A stretch of DNA of 61,607 nt, counting the filler. It is 6 parts of 6 records of this genome, joined end to end, with 100 filler letters (N's around TTAATTAATTAA, not from the genome) between each part and the next. Parts side by side here need not be neighbours in the genome. Positions count along the whole stretch, not along the records: positions 30,688 to 42,864 come from SRR20825010_4258; positions 42,965 to 47,620 come from SRR20825010_4260; 4 more parts are not named here. One strand, written 5' to 3'. Shown one piece after another: positions 37,325-47,101 of the stretch. The translations under genes were made by a program, and so were the position numbers. Under the pieces are notes generated by a model. That model ran no database searches. It was not told where the DNA came from and saw only the letters and a list, made by a program, of their open reading frames with translations. Numbering within the stretch: position 1 is the stretch's first letter; each line of letters starts with the position of its first letter.

Positions 37325-38278
37325 TTAAACGGAATAACGCTTCCTCAACTCTTCAACCCGCTCTTTTACCATATCTGTAAGTTTTGCTGGAGAAATGATT
37401 TCAACTGCATCACTTAAAGTGAGCAACCATCGCGAAGTGTAGTTTAAGCTTGGCGTCAGAAATTTCATTTTGATGTGCGTTTTACCCACTTCCTCGCTCA
37501 CAAAACCCTGACTGTATTTTTGTTCCGAAATGTAACGCGCTACAGTTTTATCAATGTTAATTACTACTTCTTGCAAGTCCGTGCTGTGCGCAATATCCTC
37601 TAAAAACTGACCAAAGCTAGGTTGGTGATCGGTGCCATAAGTTTCATCTAGCTTTTCCAGTTTCACTAGGCGATCGACTCGGAAATCTCGAGGGGCTTGC
37701 CTCAACCTGCAATATGCAAGTAGGTGCCATCTGCCTGCGTAAAACACCAATCCAATGGGCTCAATATCTCGGTTCGTAAAGTCACCAGAAAAATTAGAGT
37801 AATACCGAAAGCGCAATACTGATTTGTCAATCAAGGCCTGTTGAATAGTGGCCAAAAAATTATTGGGAAAGCCTTCTTTTTCAATCTGAGGTAAATGCCG
37901 AACTACAATTTGGGATTCGAGCTTTTCTATTTCGTCTTTCTCACTGCTTTTCAACACCGATTTGATTTTCAGCATCGCCTCGGTAAAATTCCTTTTAATA
38001 GACACATCCGTCTGCCCTTCAATAAGCTTTGCACCAAGCACCAAAGCATTGGCCTCTTGCTGCGTAAACATTACGGGAGGCAAATGATATCCGTCCATAA
38101 TGAAATAGCCTTTTCCCGCTTCTGCACCTATGGGTACTCCAGCATCTTCCAAAGCGCGCACATCACGATAAACTGTTCGTAAGCTGATGTCAAAACGATT
38201 AGCAACCTCCTGGGCAGTAACCACTTTCTTAGACTGAAGTTGGATGAGAATTGCAGTAAGTCGGTCGATACGATTCAT
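37325..38278 (-). CDS. YafY-family HTH-WYL-WCX transcriptional regulator
   Basis: MNRIDRL, SLRTVYRDVRAL, LPPVMFT and WHLLAYCRLRQAPRDFRVDR motifs. Confidence 0.94.
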   Translation of the reverse strand: MNRIDRLTAILIQLQSKKVVTAQEVANRFDISLRTVYRDVRALEDAGVPIGAEAGKGYFIMDGYHLPPVMFTQQEANALVLGAKLIEGQTDVSIKRNFTEAMLKIKSVLKSSEKDEIEKLESQIVVRHLPQIEKEGFPNNFLATIQQALIDKSVLRFRYYSNFSGDFTNRDIEPIGLVFYAGRWHLLAYCRLRQAPRDFRVDRLVKLEKLDETYGTDHQPSFGQFLEDIAHSTDLQEVVINIDKTVARYISEQKYSQGFVSEEVGKTHIKMKFLTPSLNYTSRWLLTLSDAVEIISPAKLTDMVKERVEELRKRYSV

Positions 38279-38421
38279 AAGGTATATTGCGCTGGCAAAA
38301 AGTTAGTTAAACGAAGATAATAAATGTCGTTCATAAGACGCTTTTGAGAAAATTTAATACAATTCATACAAGGTTTTAAAAGGCTATTGTGAGCAAAAAA
38401 TTATGCCTATCATTGCCCTGT

Positions 38422-39000
38422 ATGTTACTTAACCATTTGATCTTTTTTGGCAGCTGGGCATTGTTTTACGCAATCCATAGCCTTTTAGCAACAGATGGTC
38501 TCAAGAAAAAAATTCCATTAACCCCACGCGCTTATCGATTGGTTTACAGCCTTTTTTCCACACTCAGTTTCGCTTTTATTTTGTTACTAGGGGCAAGCAT
38601 TTACAGCGGTTTTGTTTTGCCCCCAAGTCCAACCACTACATATTTCGGTTTAATGATAGCAACTTTTGGCCTTTTTGTCATTAAAAGGTCATTCAGAAAT
38701 TATAGCCTCCGCGTATTTTTAGGTTTGAAAAAAGAAACTACTTCGGACCAAACACTAAAAAAGGACAAGCTTCAATCTAAAATACGACACCCTTTATACA
38801 CCGGCACTATTCTGCTTTTTCTTGGTTATTTTATTTACAATCCACTTTTGGTCAACCTTATCAGCTTAGTTGCGCTGCTTGCTTACCTTCCATTTGGCAT
38901 TCGATTGGAAGAAAAAAAACTCATTCAACAATTTGGGGACGAGTATCTTCAATATAAGAAGGACACCCCCGCGCTTTTTCCAAAGATCAAATTCTCATGA
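38422..39000 (+). CDS. Isoprenylcysteine carboxylmethyltransferase/NnrU-like membrane protein
   Basis: HSLLA, YRLVY, IRHPLYTG and EEKKL...FGDEY..Y...TP motifs; start may be 38389. Confidence 0.8.
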   Translation: MLLNHLIFFGSWALFYAIHSLLATDGLKKKIPLTPRAYRLVYSLFSTLSFAFILLLGASIYSGFVLPPSPTTTYFGLMIATFGLFVIKRSFRNYSLRVFLGLKKETTSDQTLKKDKLQSKIRHPLYTGTILLFLGYFIYNPLLVNLISLVALLAYLPFGIRLEEKKLIQQFGDEYLQYKKDTPALFPKIKFS

Positions 39001-39197
39001 AACGACAAACCATTATAAAGATCGCTTCTGCAATCGCTATCTCGGGTGTTCTACTGGTCATAGTAACGCTACTCTCCCGCTTAATTTTTAAAATAGAAAC
39101 TTCAGACAAAAACACCCTGCTGATCATTGGTTTCACTATGATGCTTTTGGGTACGCTCTGGAAAGTGGTGATGGAAATGAATAACAAAGAGGACTAA
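38997..39197 (+). CDS. Small two-TM hypothetical protein
   Basis: ATGA overlap with the upstream gene; two hydrophobic segments. Confidence 0.6.
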   Translation: MKRQTIIKIASAIAISGVLLVIVTLLSRLIFKIETSDKNTLLIIGFTMMLLGTLWKVVMEMNNKED

Positions 39198-39241
39198 AGC
39201 CTGTAGTTGGAACAAAAAGAACTAAGCATTGTTCTGCTCAT

Positions 39242-39814
39242 ATGCATACAATAGAACCTCATTATGGCTGGTTGAAATACTATAATGTAGCGGAAGACGA
39301 GAACTCTCCCTACGATGGGAAAAGCTATAATTTCGATTTGTATTCCGACACCATTTATGGCTATTATATAGATCCGCACTGGGATTTTATGGGGTCAGAA
39401 ACGCTGTACATCAAAGTGCTATATGCTGATTATGACCTTGGCTTTACCATTATCGAATTTATAGGAGAATGGAATGATGCGCTCAATAATGACATCATGC
39501 ATTTGAAACGAAATATTGTTGACCACTTCAATCTGTTGGGTATTAACAAGTACATTCTAATTGGTGAGAATGTGCTCAACTTTCACGGTTCAGACGATAG
39601 CTACTATGAAGAATGGTTCGAAGATGTAGAAGAAGGCTGGATTTGTGGCATCAACTTCAGAGATTTTGTGATTGATGAAATGAAGGTATTTAATGTCGAC
39701 AACTATCTCAACTTTGGTGGCGACTTAGACATTGAAAACTGGCGAACGCTAAAGCCCCAGGTGCTATTCGAAAAGATTGATTTGATTATTAGCCGTAGAA
39801 TTGACCTTACCTGA
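39242..39814 (+). CDS. Conserved Bacteroidota hypothetical protein
   Basis: MHTIEPHYGW, YYIDPHWDFMGSETLYIK, GEWND and FHGSDDSYYEEW; acidic and aromatic. Confidence 0.8.
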   Translation: MHTIEPHYGWLKYYNVAEDENSPYDGKSYNFDLYSDTIYGYYIDPHWDFMGSETLYIKVLYADYDLGFTIIEFIGEWNDALNNDIMHLKRNIVDHFNLLGINKYILIGENVLNFHGSDDSYYEEWFEDVEEGWICGINFRDFVIDEMKVFNVDNYLNFGGDLDIENWRTLKPQVLFEKIDLIISRRIDLT

Positions 39815-40462
39815 TTTCTTAGACGTAACAATTTTCTCAACCGCTGGCGCTTCTTCTTTAAGAATTGGGTTTACATCCGCAATTTGAGAAATGAGGTACC
39901 TCCTATTGTTTGTCATGTCCAAACACAGGGCACGTGTTCTCTTTACTTCCAGCTTTCTGAATTTTCTCTTTCTCAAGAAAAATTCCTCACCAACGGCCAC
40001 TGATTCTAAGGTAGGCTGCAAAACCGCATTGGCATCATATTGTGCCAATACCTTCACCAGTTTCGGGTCAGCTGCGGTGCTCGCTTTTGGGTTCTTCATG
40101 TGTTTAGCCAAAACGCGCAAAACATCATCTGGAAAAATGCTCGGGTTGAGCATTGGCAACATCAATTCCTGAAACTTATTTTTCCAATGCGCTCCGTGTG
40201 GCAATTGGCGTGATCGTGGTTTGTGCACCACCCTATGTGCCACTTCGTGAATGTAGGTTATTAAAAATTGATAAGAGTTCAGATCTACATTCACTGTTAC
40301 TGTATGGGATTGCTCCCGAGGATCGTAGCGGTAATCGCCAAGTTTTGAAAGCCTTTTTCTACTCAGTTTAAATTGAAAAGGGTAAAGTTCCCAAAGCTTA
40401 ATGCAATACTCAATTGCGGCTTCAGGAACTTTACCCTTCAACTTTGACCCTACGCTTTTCAC
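39764..40462 (-). CDS. SprT-like zinc metalloprotease domain protein
   Basis: KLGDYR, FLITYIHEVAH and PHGAHWK motifs; GTG start overlaps the der stop. Confidence 0.85.
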   Translation of the reverse strand: MKSVGSKLKGKVPEAAIEYCIKLWELYPFQFKLSRKRLSKLGDYRYDPREQSHTVTVNVDLNSYQFLITYIHEVAHRVVHKPRSRQLPHGAHWKNKFQELMLPMLNPSIFPDDVLRVLAKHMKNPKASTAADPKLVKVLAQYDANAVLQPTLESVAVGEEFFLRKRKFRKLEVKRTRALCLDMTNNRRYLISQIADVNPILKEEAPAVEKIVTSKKSGKVNSTANNQINLFE

Positions 40463-41769
40463 TATTTCTGTCTGAAAACGAGTTTCATTGGAACTCCATC
40501 AAACTCGAAATGCTCTCTCAGCTTATTTTCTAAGAAACGCTCATATGGTTCTTTAATGTACTGCGGAAGGTTACAGAAAAACGCTATGGTTGGCGTTCTA
40601 GTGGGTAATTGCGTGATGTACTTAATTTTGATGTGCTTTCCTTTTAATGCTGGTGGCGGATAATGATCAATTTCGCGAAGCATCACATCATTCAACTTAG
40701 AAGTGGTGATTTTACGTTCACGGTTTTCATTCACCTTAACAGCCAATTCAATCGCCTGGAAAATTCTTTGCTTCTCAGTCACCGAAGTAAAAATCTTCGG
40801 AATCCAAGTCAGCTGCCCTAGCTTATCGTCTAAATCAGCCGTGAATTTCTTCATGGTATTTGAATCCTTTTCAATCAAATCCCACTTGTTGATCATGAGC
40901 ATAATGCCCTTGCGGTACTTTATCGCCAGACTAACAAGGTTCATATCTTGTGCTTCCAAACCTCGTTCGGCATCAATCATGATTACACAAACATCTGAAT
41001 CTTGCAAAGCCTGCAAAGCACGCATTACAGAATAGAATTCAATGTCTTCGTGCACCTTAGATTTCTTTCTAATTCCGGCCGTATCGGTTAGAATGAAATC
41101 CTGACCAAATAAATTATAGCGGGTGTTGATCGAGTCGCGGGTAGTTCCAGCTACATCGGTTACAATTGTTCTTTCTTTTCCTAATAGGGCGTTGATGAAT
41201 GAAGATTTTCCAGCATTTGGACGACCCAAAATCGCGATTCTTGGAATACCATCATCTGGCCCTTCAATACCGTCTTCTTCAAAATGCTTTACTACTTCGT
41301 CCAAAAGCTCCCCTGTTCCTGCGCCACTGGCAGCAGCAATAGGGAATATATCACCCAAACCCAGTGCGTAAAAATCATTGGCCATGTAGTGGTAATCCGT
41401 GTTGTCAGCTTTGTTCGCCACCACCAATACCGGCTTGCCAACACCTCGAACAATTCTAGCAAATTCTCTATCCAACGGGTTTAAACCAGAATGGCAATCG
41501 GTCATAAATAGAATTACGGAAGCTTCGCTCATGGCTTCAGCTACTTGAGTTCTGATGGCTCCTTCAAACACATCTTCAGAACCAGTAACATAGCCACCCG
41601 TGTCAATCACCGTGAAGTATTTTCCTACCCAGTCCGCATAACCGTAGTGTCTGTCGCGTGTTACGCCACTTTCGTTATCCATAATCGCTTGTCTTCTTTC
41701 TACCAAGCGATTGAATAATGTCGATTTGCCTACGTTAGGCCTCCCTACAATTGCAACTATATTTGCCAT
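40462..41769 (-). CDS. der: Ribosome biogenesis GTPase Der (EngA)
   Basis: Two G domains (GRPNVGKS, GRPNAGKS), DTGG/DTAG, NKAD/NKWD. Confidence 0.98.
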   Translation of the reverse strand: MANIVAIVGRPNVGKSTLFNRLVERRQAIMDNESGVTRDRHYGYADWVGKYFTVIDTGGYVTGSEDVFEGAIRTQVAEAMSEASVILFMTDCHSGLNPLDREFARIVRGVGKPVLVVANKADNTDYHYMANDFYALGLGDIFPIAAASGAGTGELLDEVVKHFEEDGIEGPDDGIPRIAILGRPNAGKSSFINALLGKERTIVTDVAGTTRDSINTRYNLFGQDFILTDTAGIRKKSKVHEDIEFYSVMRALQALQDSDVCVIMIDAERGLEAQDMNLVSLAIKYRKGIMLMINKWDLIEKDSNTMKKFTADLDDKLGQLTWIPKIFTSVTEKQRIFQAIELAVKVNENRERKITTSKLNDVMLREIDHYPPPALKGKHIKIKYITQLPTRTPTIAFFCNLPQYIKEPYERFLENKLREHFEFDGVPMKLVFRQK

Positions 41770-41862
41770 TTCAATTTCAAATTTTTGATGTATGATTTAC
41801 GATTGACTGTAAGTTCATTCATTGTGAGTAAACTCAAATCGTAACTCTAAACTTGTAACTCG

Positions 41863-42750
41863 TCAATTTAAGTATCCAAAGCGTTTGAGTTTTGCTTCTT
41901 TCTTTCTCCAATCCTTCTCTACTTTCACATGGGTTTCGAGAAAAATCTTCTTCCCAAAGAAAACCTCCAAGTCCTCTCTGGCTGCTGTGCCAACTTTTTT
42001 AAGCGATTCACCTTTATGCCCGATTACGATTCCCTTTTGGCTATCGCGCTCTACATAAATATCAGCCGAAATGCGAATAATTTTTTCATCTTCTTTAAAA
42101 GAAGTAGTCACCACCTCACAACTATAAGGAATTTCCTTTTTGTATTGTTTGAATATTTTTTCACGGATCATTTCATCAACGAAAAAACGCTCTGGCTTGT
42201 CCGTTAAAGTATCTTTAGGGAAATAAGCCGGATGCTCAGGTAAGTGCTCAATAATCTTCTCGAACACGCCTTCAATTCCAGTATTTTCTAAAGCCGAAAC
42301 CATTACGGTATCGTGGAAATCCATGATTTCCTTCCAGTAAGTCACCTTATCTTCGGCTTGAGAGCCTTTGGCCAAATCGATTTTGTTCATCACTAAAATA
42401 ACCGGCACCTTTACCTCTTTCAGGTAGTCGATTACTTTTTCGCCTTCATACTTTTCGTACAGGTCGGTAACAAATAAAATTAGGTCTGAATCTTCGAATG
42501 AACTTGTCACAAAACGCATCATGGTTTCGTGCAGTTCGTATTCTGGCTTAATAATCCCTGGAGTGTCGGAGTAAATGATTTGAAAATCATCTCCGCTCAA
42601 AATCCCCATAATACGATGACGGGTAGTTTGCGCTTTTGAGGTGATAATCGAGAGTCTTTCACCAACCATTGCATTCATCAAGGTAGATTTCCCAACATTG
42701 GGTTTACCTATAATGCTCACATAACCAGCCTTGTGCGGACGACTCTCCAT
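41863..42750 (-). CDS. era: GTPase Era
   Basis: GKPNVGKST, QTTRH, DTPG, NKID, KH domain EIPYS...SQKGIVIG. Confidence 0.98.
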   Translation of the reverse strand: MESRPHKAGYVSIIGKPNVGKSTLMNAMVGERLSIITSKAQTTRHRIMGILSGDDFQIIYSDTPGIIKPEYELHETMMRFVTSSFEDSDLILFVTDLYEKYEGEKVIDYLKEVKVPVILVMNKIDLAKGSQAEDKVTYWKEIMDFHDTVMVSALENTGIEGVFEKIIEHLPEHPAYFPKDTLTDKPERFFVDEMIREKIFKQYKKEIPYSCEVVTTSFKEDEKIIRISADIYVERDSQKGIVIGHKGESLKKVGTAAREDLEVFFGKKIFLETHVKVEKDWRKKEAKLKRFGYLN

Positions 42751-42769
42751 GAATTTTCAAATTAGTTCG

Positions 42770-42809
42770 CAAAGGTACTTGTTTCGAATGGATTTATCAC
42801 CTACTTTTG
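42770..42809. promoter_or_regulatory. Divergent Bacteroidota promoters for era (-) and the tRNA (+)
   Basis: TACCTTTG on minus (42770-42777); TTG (42779-42781) plus 20 nt plus TACTTTTG (42802-42809) on plus. Confidence 0.65.
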
Positions 42810-42840
42810 TATCCCACTTCAGAATAGCTGAAGGATATAT

Positions 42841-42864
42841 CGCGGGATGGAGCAGTTGGTAGCT
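42841..42864 (+). tRNA. 5' fragment of initiator tRNA-Met, truncated by the contig end
   Basis: CGCGGGATGGAGCAGTTGGTAGCT matches the fMet-tRNA acceptor and D-arm start; the anticodon is not visible. Confidence 0.8.
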
Positions 42865-42964
42865 NNNNNNNNNNNNNNNNNNNNNNNNNNNNNNNNNNNN
42901 NNNNNNNNTTAATTAATTAANNNNNNNNNNNNNNNNNNNNNNNNNNNNNNNNNNNNNNNNNNNN
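42865..42964. other. Artificial contig linker
   Basis: N-run containing TTAATTAATTAA. Confidence 0.99.
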
Positions 42965-43066
42965 TTGTTCTTTTTTCTTATAGCGAAGCGGTCTCGTATT
43001 TTTACTCGGACATTAAAGTTAAGAAATAGAATAAGCTTTAACGAGTATCCTTATTATAGATACTTT

Positions 43067-43942
43067 TTAATCTTCTATAACCGTTTTTAATTCATTTCTA
43101 TATTGAGAAGGCGTTTTTCCTGTAAACTTTTTAAACGATTTATTAAAGTATGAAAAGTTATTAAATCCACTTTCAAAGCAAATATCTGTAATTCCAATAG
43201 GCTTCTCAGCAAGCAGCTTAGAAGCATGTACTAATCTGTATTCATTTACAAAATGTGTAAATGTTTTCCCTGTAATTTGTTTAAAATATCTACAGAACGA
43301 AGGAACTGTCATACCAGAAATGCTAGCAATTTCTTCTAGAGTAATAGGTTGTTGGAAATTTTTCTTCACATAATTAAACACAATATTAATTCTGTCATTA
43401 TCTTGAACATCGGCTTGCATAGAAAAGCCTTCTGCATTTAAGATTTGATAATCTTCAGAAAGTTGTAATTCATTTAAAATAGAAAGGAAACCTAATAAGC
43501 GTTCAAAACTGTTTAGTTTTTCTAAACCTTCTATTCTTTCTCCAATAATTTCTTTTGTTTTTCCTGTAAAAGCCAATCCTCCTTTACATCTTTTAAATAA
43601 TAATTTAATATTATTCATTTCGGGTTTCGACATTAAATCGGCTCCTAAAAAATCGGGGAGCATTTGAATGACCACTTCGTTTTCGTTTCCAGTAAATTTA
43701 TCTGTAAAACCACAATGTGGTAAATTAGAACCTATTAATATAAGGTCTCCTTCTGTGTAATAAGAAATATGACTCCCAATTTGTCTTTTTCCAGCTCCTC
43801 CTTTTACATATACCAATTCAATTTCTGGATGATAATGCCAATACGATGTATTCTGATTTTGATTCTCATCAAACTTCACAAAAGAAAAAGAACTGCCAAA
43901 AGTTGGGTTAATTACTTCTAATGCAGGCTTTTTAATACTCAT
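43067..43942 (-). CDS. AraC-family transcriptional regulator with cupin sensor
   Basis: WHYHPEIEL, GSNLPH, SFCRYFK and CFESGFNNFSYFNKSFKK motifs. Confidence 0.94.
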   Translation of the reverse strand: MSIKKPALEVINPTFGSSFSFVKFDENQNQNTSYWHYHPEIELVYVKGGAGKRQIGSHISYYTEGDLILIGSNLPHCGFTDKFTGNENEVVIQMLPDFLGADLMSKPEMNNIKLLFKRCKGGLAFTGKTKEIIGERIEGLEKLNSFERLLGFLSILNELQLSEDYQILNAEGFSMQADVQDNDRINIVFNYVKKNFQQPITLEEIASISGMTVPSFCRYFKQITGKTFTHFVNEYRLVHASKLLAEKPIGITDICFESGFNNFSYFNKSFKKFTGKTPSQYRNELKTVIED

Positions 43943-44164
43943 AGCAAAATTATTTTTCAGTATAAAAATATACCATGTTAACGGGGCAAATATACAAAAT
44001 ATTACCTCAAATATGTTCTATTTTATCCTTAACATTGAGTTAACATAAGCATCGTGTTAAAATAGTGCATAAACTTGAAAATCCTGATGTATTTTAACCT
44101 TGGTGTCCACCGTATCTTTGTAATGTAATTAAAATGAAATGTATAACCATTAAAATTGCTAAAG

Positions 44165-44761
44165 ATGAAAAACACATTAAGAAACAGTATGCTAGTTGTA
44201 GTATTGAGTATTGCAACGTTAGCGATGACAAGAGCCAATGATTTTTACTTATCTGTAAAAAAGGATGATAATAGAACTGTTGATTTATTCGTAGAGAAAA
44301 GCAACCAGCCAATAGCAATTTCTTTTGTTGATGCAAAAGGAGAGGTTCTGTATAATTATGAATACAAACAATTACCAACAAACGTAAAACGTTATAATTT
44401 TAAAGGGTTACCAACAGGAACTTACTATTTTGTTGTTGAGAACGAAATTAAAATTGAAAGAGTACCTGTAGTTTTTACCGATGGGAAAACAATTGTTGAA
44501 AGAGAAAAAGAAGAAGTTACTTACAAGCCTTATTTTAGAAAAGATGGGTCTGTGTTAAGTGTAAACATGTTAAGCTCAGATATGTCTCCTGTAACTGTAA
44601 AAGTTTACAACGAAACAACTAATGAGTTAGTACATGAAGAAATACTTAAAGGAGCTAAAAGTGTAGGAAAAAGATTTGATTTTTCTAACGCTCAAAAAGG
44701 TTCTTACAGATTTGAAGTAACTCGCAAAGGAAATACATTTTACAAAACAGTTAGCTTGTAA
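44165..44761 (+). CDS. Secreted protein with two Ig-like repeats (DUF3244/T9SS-CTD-like)
   Basis: Signal peptide; repeated KRYNFKGLPTGTY and KRFDFSNAQKGSY; TATCTTTG -7 element at 44113-44120. Confidence 0.72.
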   Translation: MKNTLRNSMLVVVLSIATLAMTRANDFYLSVKKDDNRTVDLFVEKSNQPIAISFVDAKGEVLYNYEYKQLPTNVKRYNFKGLPTGTYYFVVENEIKIERVPVVFTDGKTIVEREKEEVTYKPYFRKDGSVLSVNMLSSDMSPVTVKVYNETTNELVHEEILKGAKSVGKRFDFSNAQKGSYRFEVTRKGNTFYKTVSL

Positions 44762-44786
44762 TCTTACAAATAGATTTTGAAGTTGG

Positions 44787-44818
44787 AAAAGGGAGGTGTT
44801 AGAACTCCCTTTTTTTTT
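44787..44818. terminator. Bidirectional rho-independent terminator
   Basis: AAAAGGGAG-loop-CTCCC-T9 between convergent genes. Confidence 0.85.
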
Positions 44819-44821
44819 GCT

Positions 44822-45169
44822 TTATAAATACGTATATGCCCAAAACATAAGGGCAAATTGTAGCGGTACTCTTAAAATTAATACCCACCTTGGAGCTACT
44901 TTTTCAAACTTCTTATCTTTTAACATATAAATATGTACTGGAATAAATGCTATTAGCATTAAAATAATTCCCCACAGTGCATAATCCTTTAAAGTAGTAA
45001 ATAGCATTGCTCCAAAAACTATTTCTGCAATTCCGCTTAAGTATACCATTTCCTTTTGGTAAGGAATATAGGAAGGCATAATAGAAACGTAACTTCTAGG
45101 TCTTACAAAATGTAAAATTCCTGCTACAATATAAATGCCAGCCATTAAGTAGTAATGCCAATTATTCAT
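44822..45169 (-). CDS. DoxX-like membrane protein
   Basis: AGILHF, IMPSYIP, SGIAEI, PVHIYM and LRVPLQ motifs. Confidence 0.8.
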   Translation of the reverse strand: MNNWHYYLMAGIYIVAGILHFVRPRSYVSIMPSYIPYQKEMVYLSGIAEIVFGAMLFTTLKDYALWGIILMLIAFIPVHIYMLKDKKFEKVAPRWVLILRVPLQFALMFWAYTYL

Positions 45170-46949
45170 CTGCTGTGTTTTTAAGGATCCAAGTATTTAT
45201 TTTTTCTTCCAAAAGTTTTATTGGGATACATCCCGATTCTAATACTTTATTATGGAAAATTTTAATGTCAAATTTATCCCCCAATTGCTTTTGTGCCTTA
45301 TTTTTTAAAGCTATTATTTTAAGTTGTCCTATTTTGTAAGACAATGCTTGTCCTGGCCACGACATATAACGCTCTATTTCTGCGGTTATGCTTTCTTCAG
45401 ATTCTGCTTCGTGAGCCAAAGAAAATTCTATAGCTTTTTCTCTAGACCATCCTTTAGTATGTATGCCCGTGTCTACCACCAAACGTATGGCTCGATGCAT
45501 TTCTGCACTTAGCATTCCAAAGTATTGATATGGATCGTTATAAAGTCCGAGTTCTTTTCCTAAAGATTCAGAATATAAAGCCCAACCTTCGCCATAAGCA
45601 CTATACCATAGGGTTTTTCTAAAATCTGGTAAGCTTTTATTTTCTTGCTGAAGCGAAATTTGATAATGATGTCCCGGAATAGCTTCATGTAAAAACAAAT
45701 CCTCATCCGAATAAATATTGTATTTTTTTACATCTGGAATTGGAACATAAAACACCCCCGGACGTGTGCCGTCTATAGAACCTGGGTTATATTCTGCACT
45801 TGCCGATGCTTCTCTAAAAGCTTCTGTTCTTCTAACTTCAAATTCGGTTTTTGGAGTTAAATCAAAAAGCTTTGCAAGTTGAGGTTTCATTTTTTGGTGA
45901 ATCTCATTAAAATTTTCAATTACCTGTGCTGGTTTATCAAATGGCATTAACTCTCTTGCAGTTCTTATGGCTTGAAAAAAATCTTTTAATTCGCCTTTAA
46001 AATTAACTTCCGCCATCACTTTTTTCATTTCATTTTCTAAACGAGCTACTTCACTCAATCCTAATTTATGGATAGAATCTGCTTCTAAAGAGGTAGTGGT
46101 AAAAGTTTGTATTTGGTGTCCGTAATATGCATTTCCTCTCGGAACATCATTTATTCCAGAGGTTTCTCTACTGGCAGGTAAATATTCATCTCTAAAAAAG
46201 TTTTCTAATTTTTTATAGGTAGGAATAATTTTTTCAGCAATTATTGTTTCATAAGCCAATGCAAGACTGTCTTTTTCAGCACGACTAATATTATTGGGGA
46301 TGTTTTTTATAGGGCTATAAAACAAATGTTCTTTTGGAGCTCCACTAGAAAAACTCTCCATCTGCGGAATTACTTTTAGGGTAAGAGGTTTGGGTAAAAC
46401 ATAACCAGTTTTAATCCCTTTTTTCATGTTTACTATTGCGGTATCACACCAAACAACATAGTCGTTAAGGCGTTGTAGCCAATTTTTATAATCGGTTGCC
46501 GTTTTAAATGGTTGTGCGCTGGAACCTCCCGCCAACTGCCCAATGGTTTGTGGTAATGAGGAAAACTGATTAATAGGAATGAGCTCTGTTGGATATTGTA
46601 ACTTGTCTAAATTGATGTTACATTCCCACATTAAAACCTCGTAACTCATTCGCTGTTCTTTGGAAAGCGAATCTTTATTAAAACTCAAAAGCTCATCTCT
46701 ATAAGCATTATAAAACGCCTTTTGCTTATTCTTAAAGGATGCTGTAATATCGTTTGGCAGGTAATTGTTATAACGAGAATCTCCCGAAAGAGTAGCGTTT
46801 AGCGGATATAATTTCAAACTTTCTTCATAATAATGCTTAAATACCGAATCAATAGACACCTTATCTACGATTACTTCTTTAGAAACTTCTTTGTTTTTAC
46901 AGGAAAAAAATAGAAGTATAACACTTGCTGTTAGGATGATTTTTTTCAT
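45162..46949 (-). CDS. DUF885-family lipoprotein
   Basis: Lipobox FFSC; HEAIPGHHYQ, AYGEGWALYSE, RAIRLVVDTGIH and PGQALSYKIG motifs. Confidence 0.92.
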   Translation of the reverse strand: MKKIILTASVILLFFSCKNKEVSKEVIVDKVSIDSVFKHYYEESLKLYPLNATLSGDSRYNNYLPNDITASFKNKQKAFYNAYRDELLSFNKDSLSKEQRMSYEVLMWECNINLDKLQYPTELIPINQFSSLPQTIGQLAGGSSAQPFKTATDYKNWLQRLNDYVVWCDTAIVNMKKGIKTGYVLPKPLTLKVIPQMESFSSGAPKEHLFYSPIKNIPNNISRAEKDSLALAYETIIAEKIIPTYKKLENFFRDEYLPASRETSGINDVPRGNAYYGHQIQTFTTTSLEADSIHKLGLSEVARLENEMKKVMAEVNFKGELKDFFQAIRTARELMPFDKPAQVIENFNEIHQKMKPQLAKLFDLTPKTEFEVRRTEAFREASASAEYNPGSIDGTRPGVFYVPIPDVKKYNIYSDEDLFLHEAIPGHHYQISLQQENKSLPDFRKTLWYSAYGEGWALYSESLGKELGLYNDPYQYFGMLSAEMHRAIRLVVDTGIHTKGWSREKAIEFSLAHEAESEESITAEIERYMSWPGQALSYKIGQLKIIALKNKAQKQLGDKFDIKIFHNKVLESGCIPIKLLEEKINTWILKNTADE

Positions 46950-47101
46950 TATCAGTTAGTTGAGTTTTCTCGATAATCGAGTTTTTTTGGTCTGGGTTAA
47001 AAATGTTTTAGTTTTTCCTATAATAGTTAGTAGGGTAGGCTCCTCAAGTAATTTACTCAATAATTGAGACTTGAATGCTCCAAGGCTTGCCCCGAGGGAG
47101 T

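Noticed and set aside
42978-42995. TTATAGCGAAGCGGTCTC near the contig start as a possible Flavobacterial repeat
   Set aside because: Single copy in the window; cannot be supported without a search.
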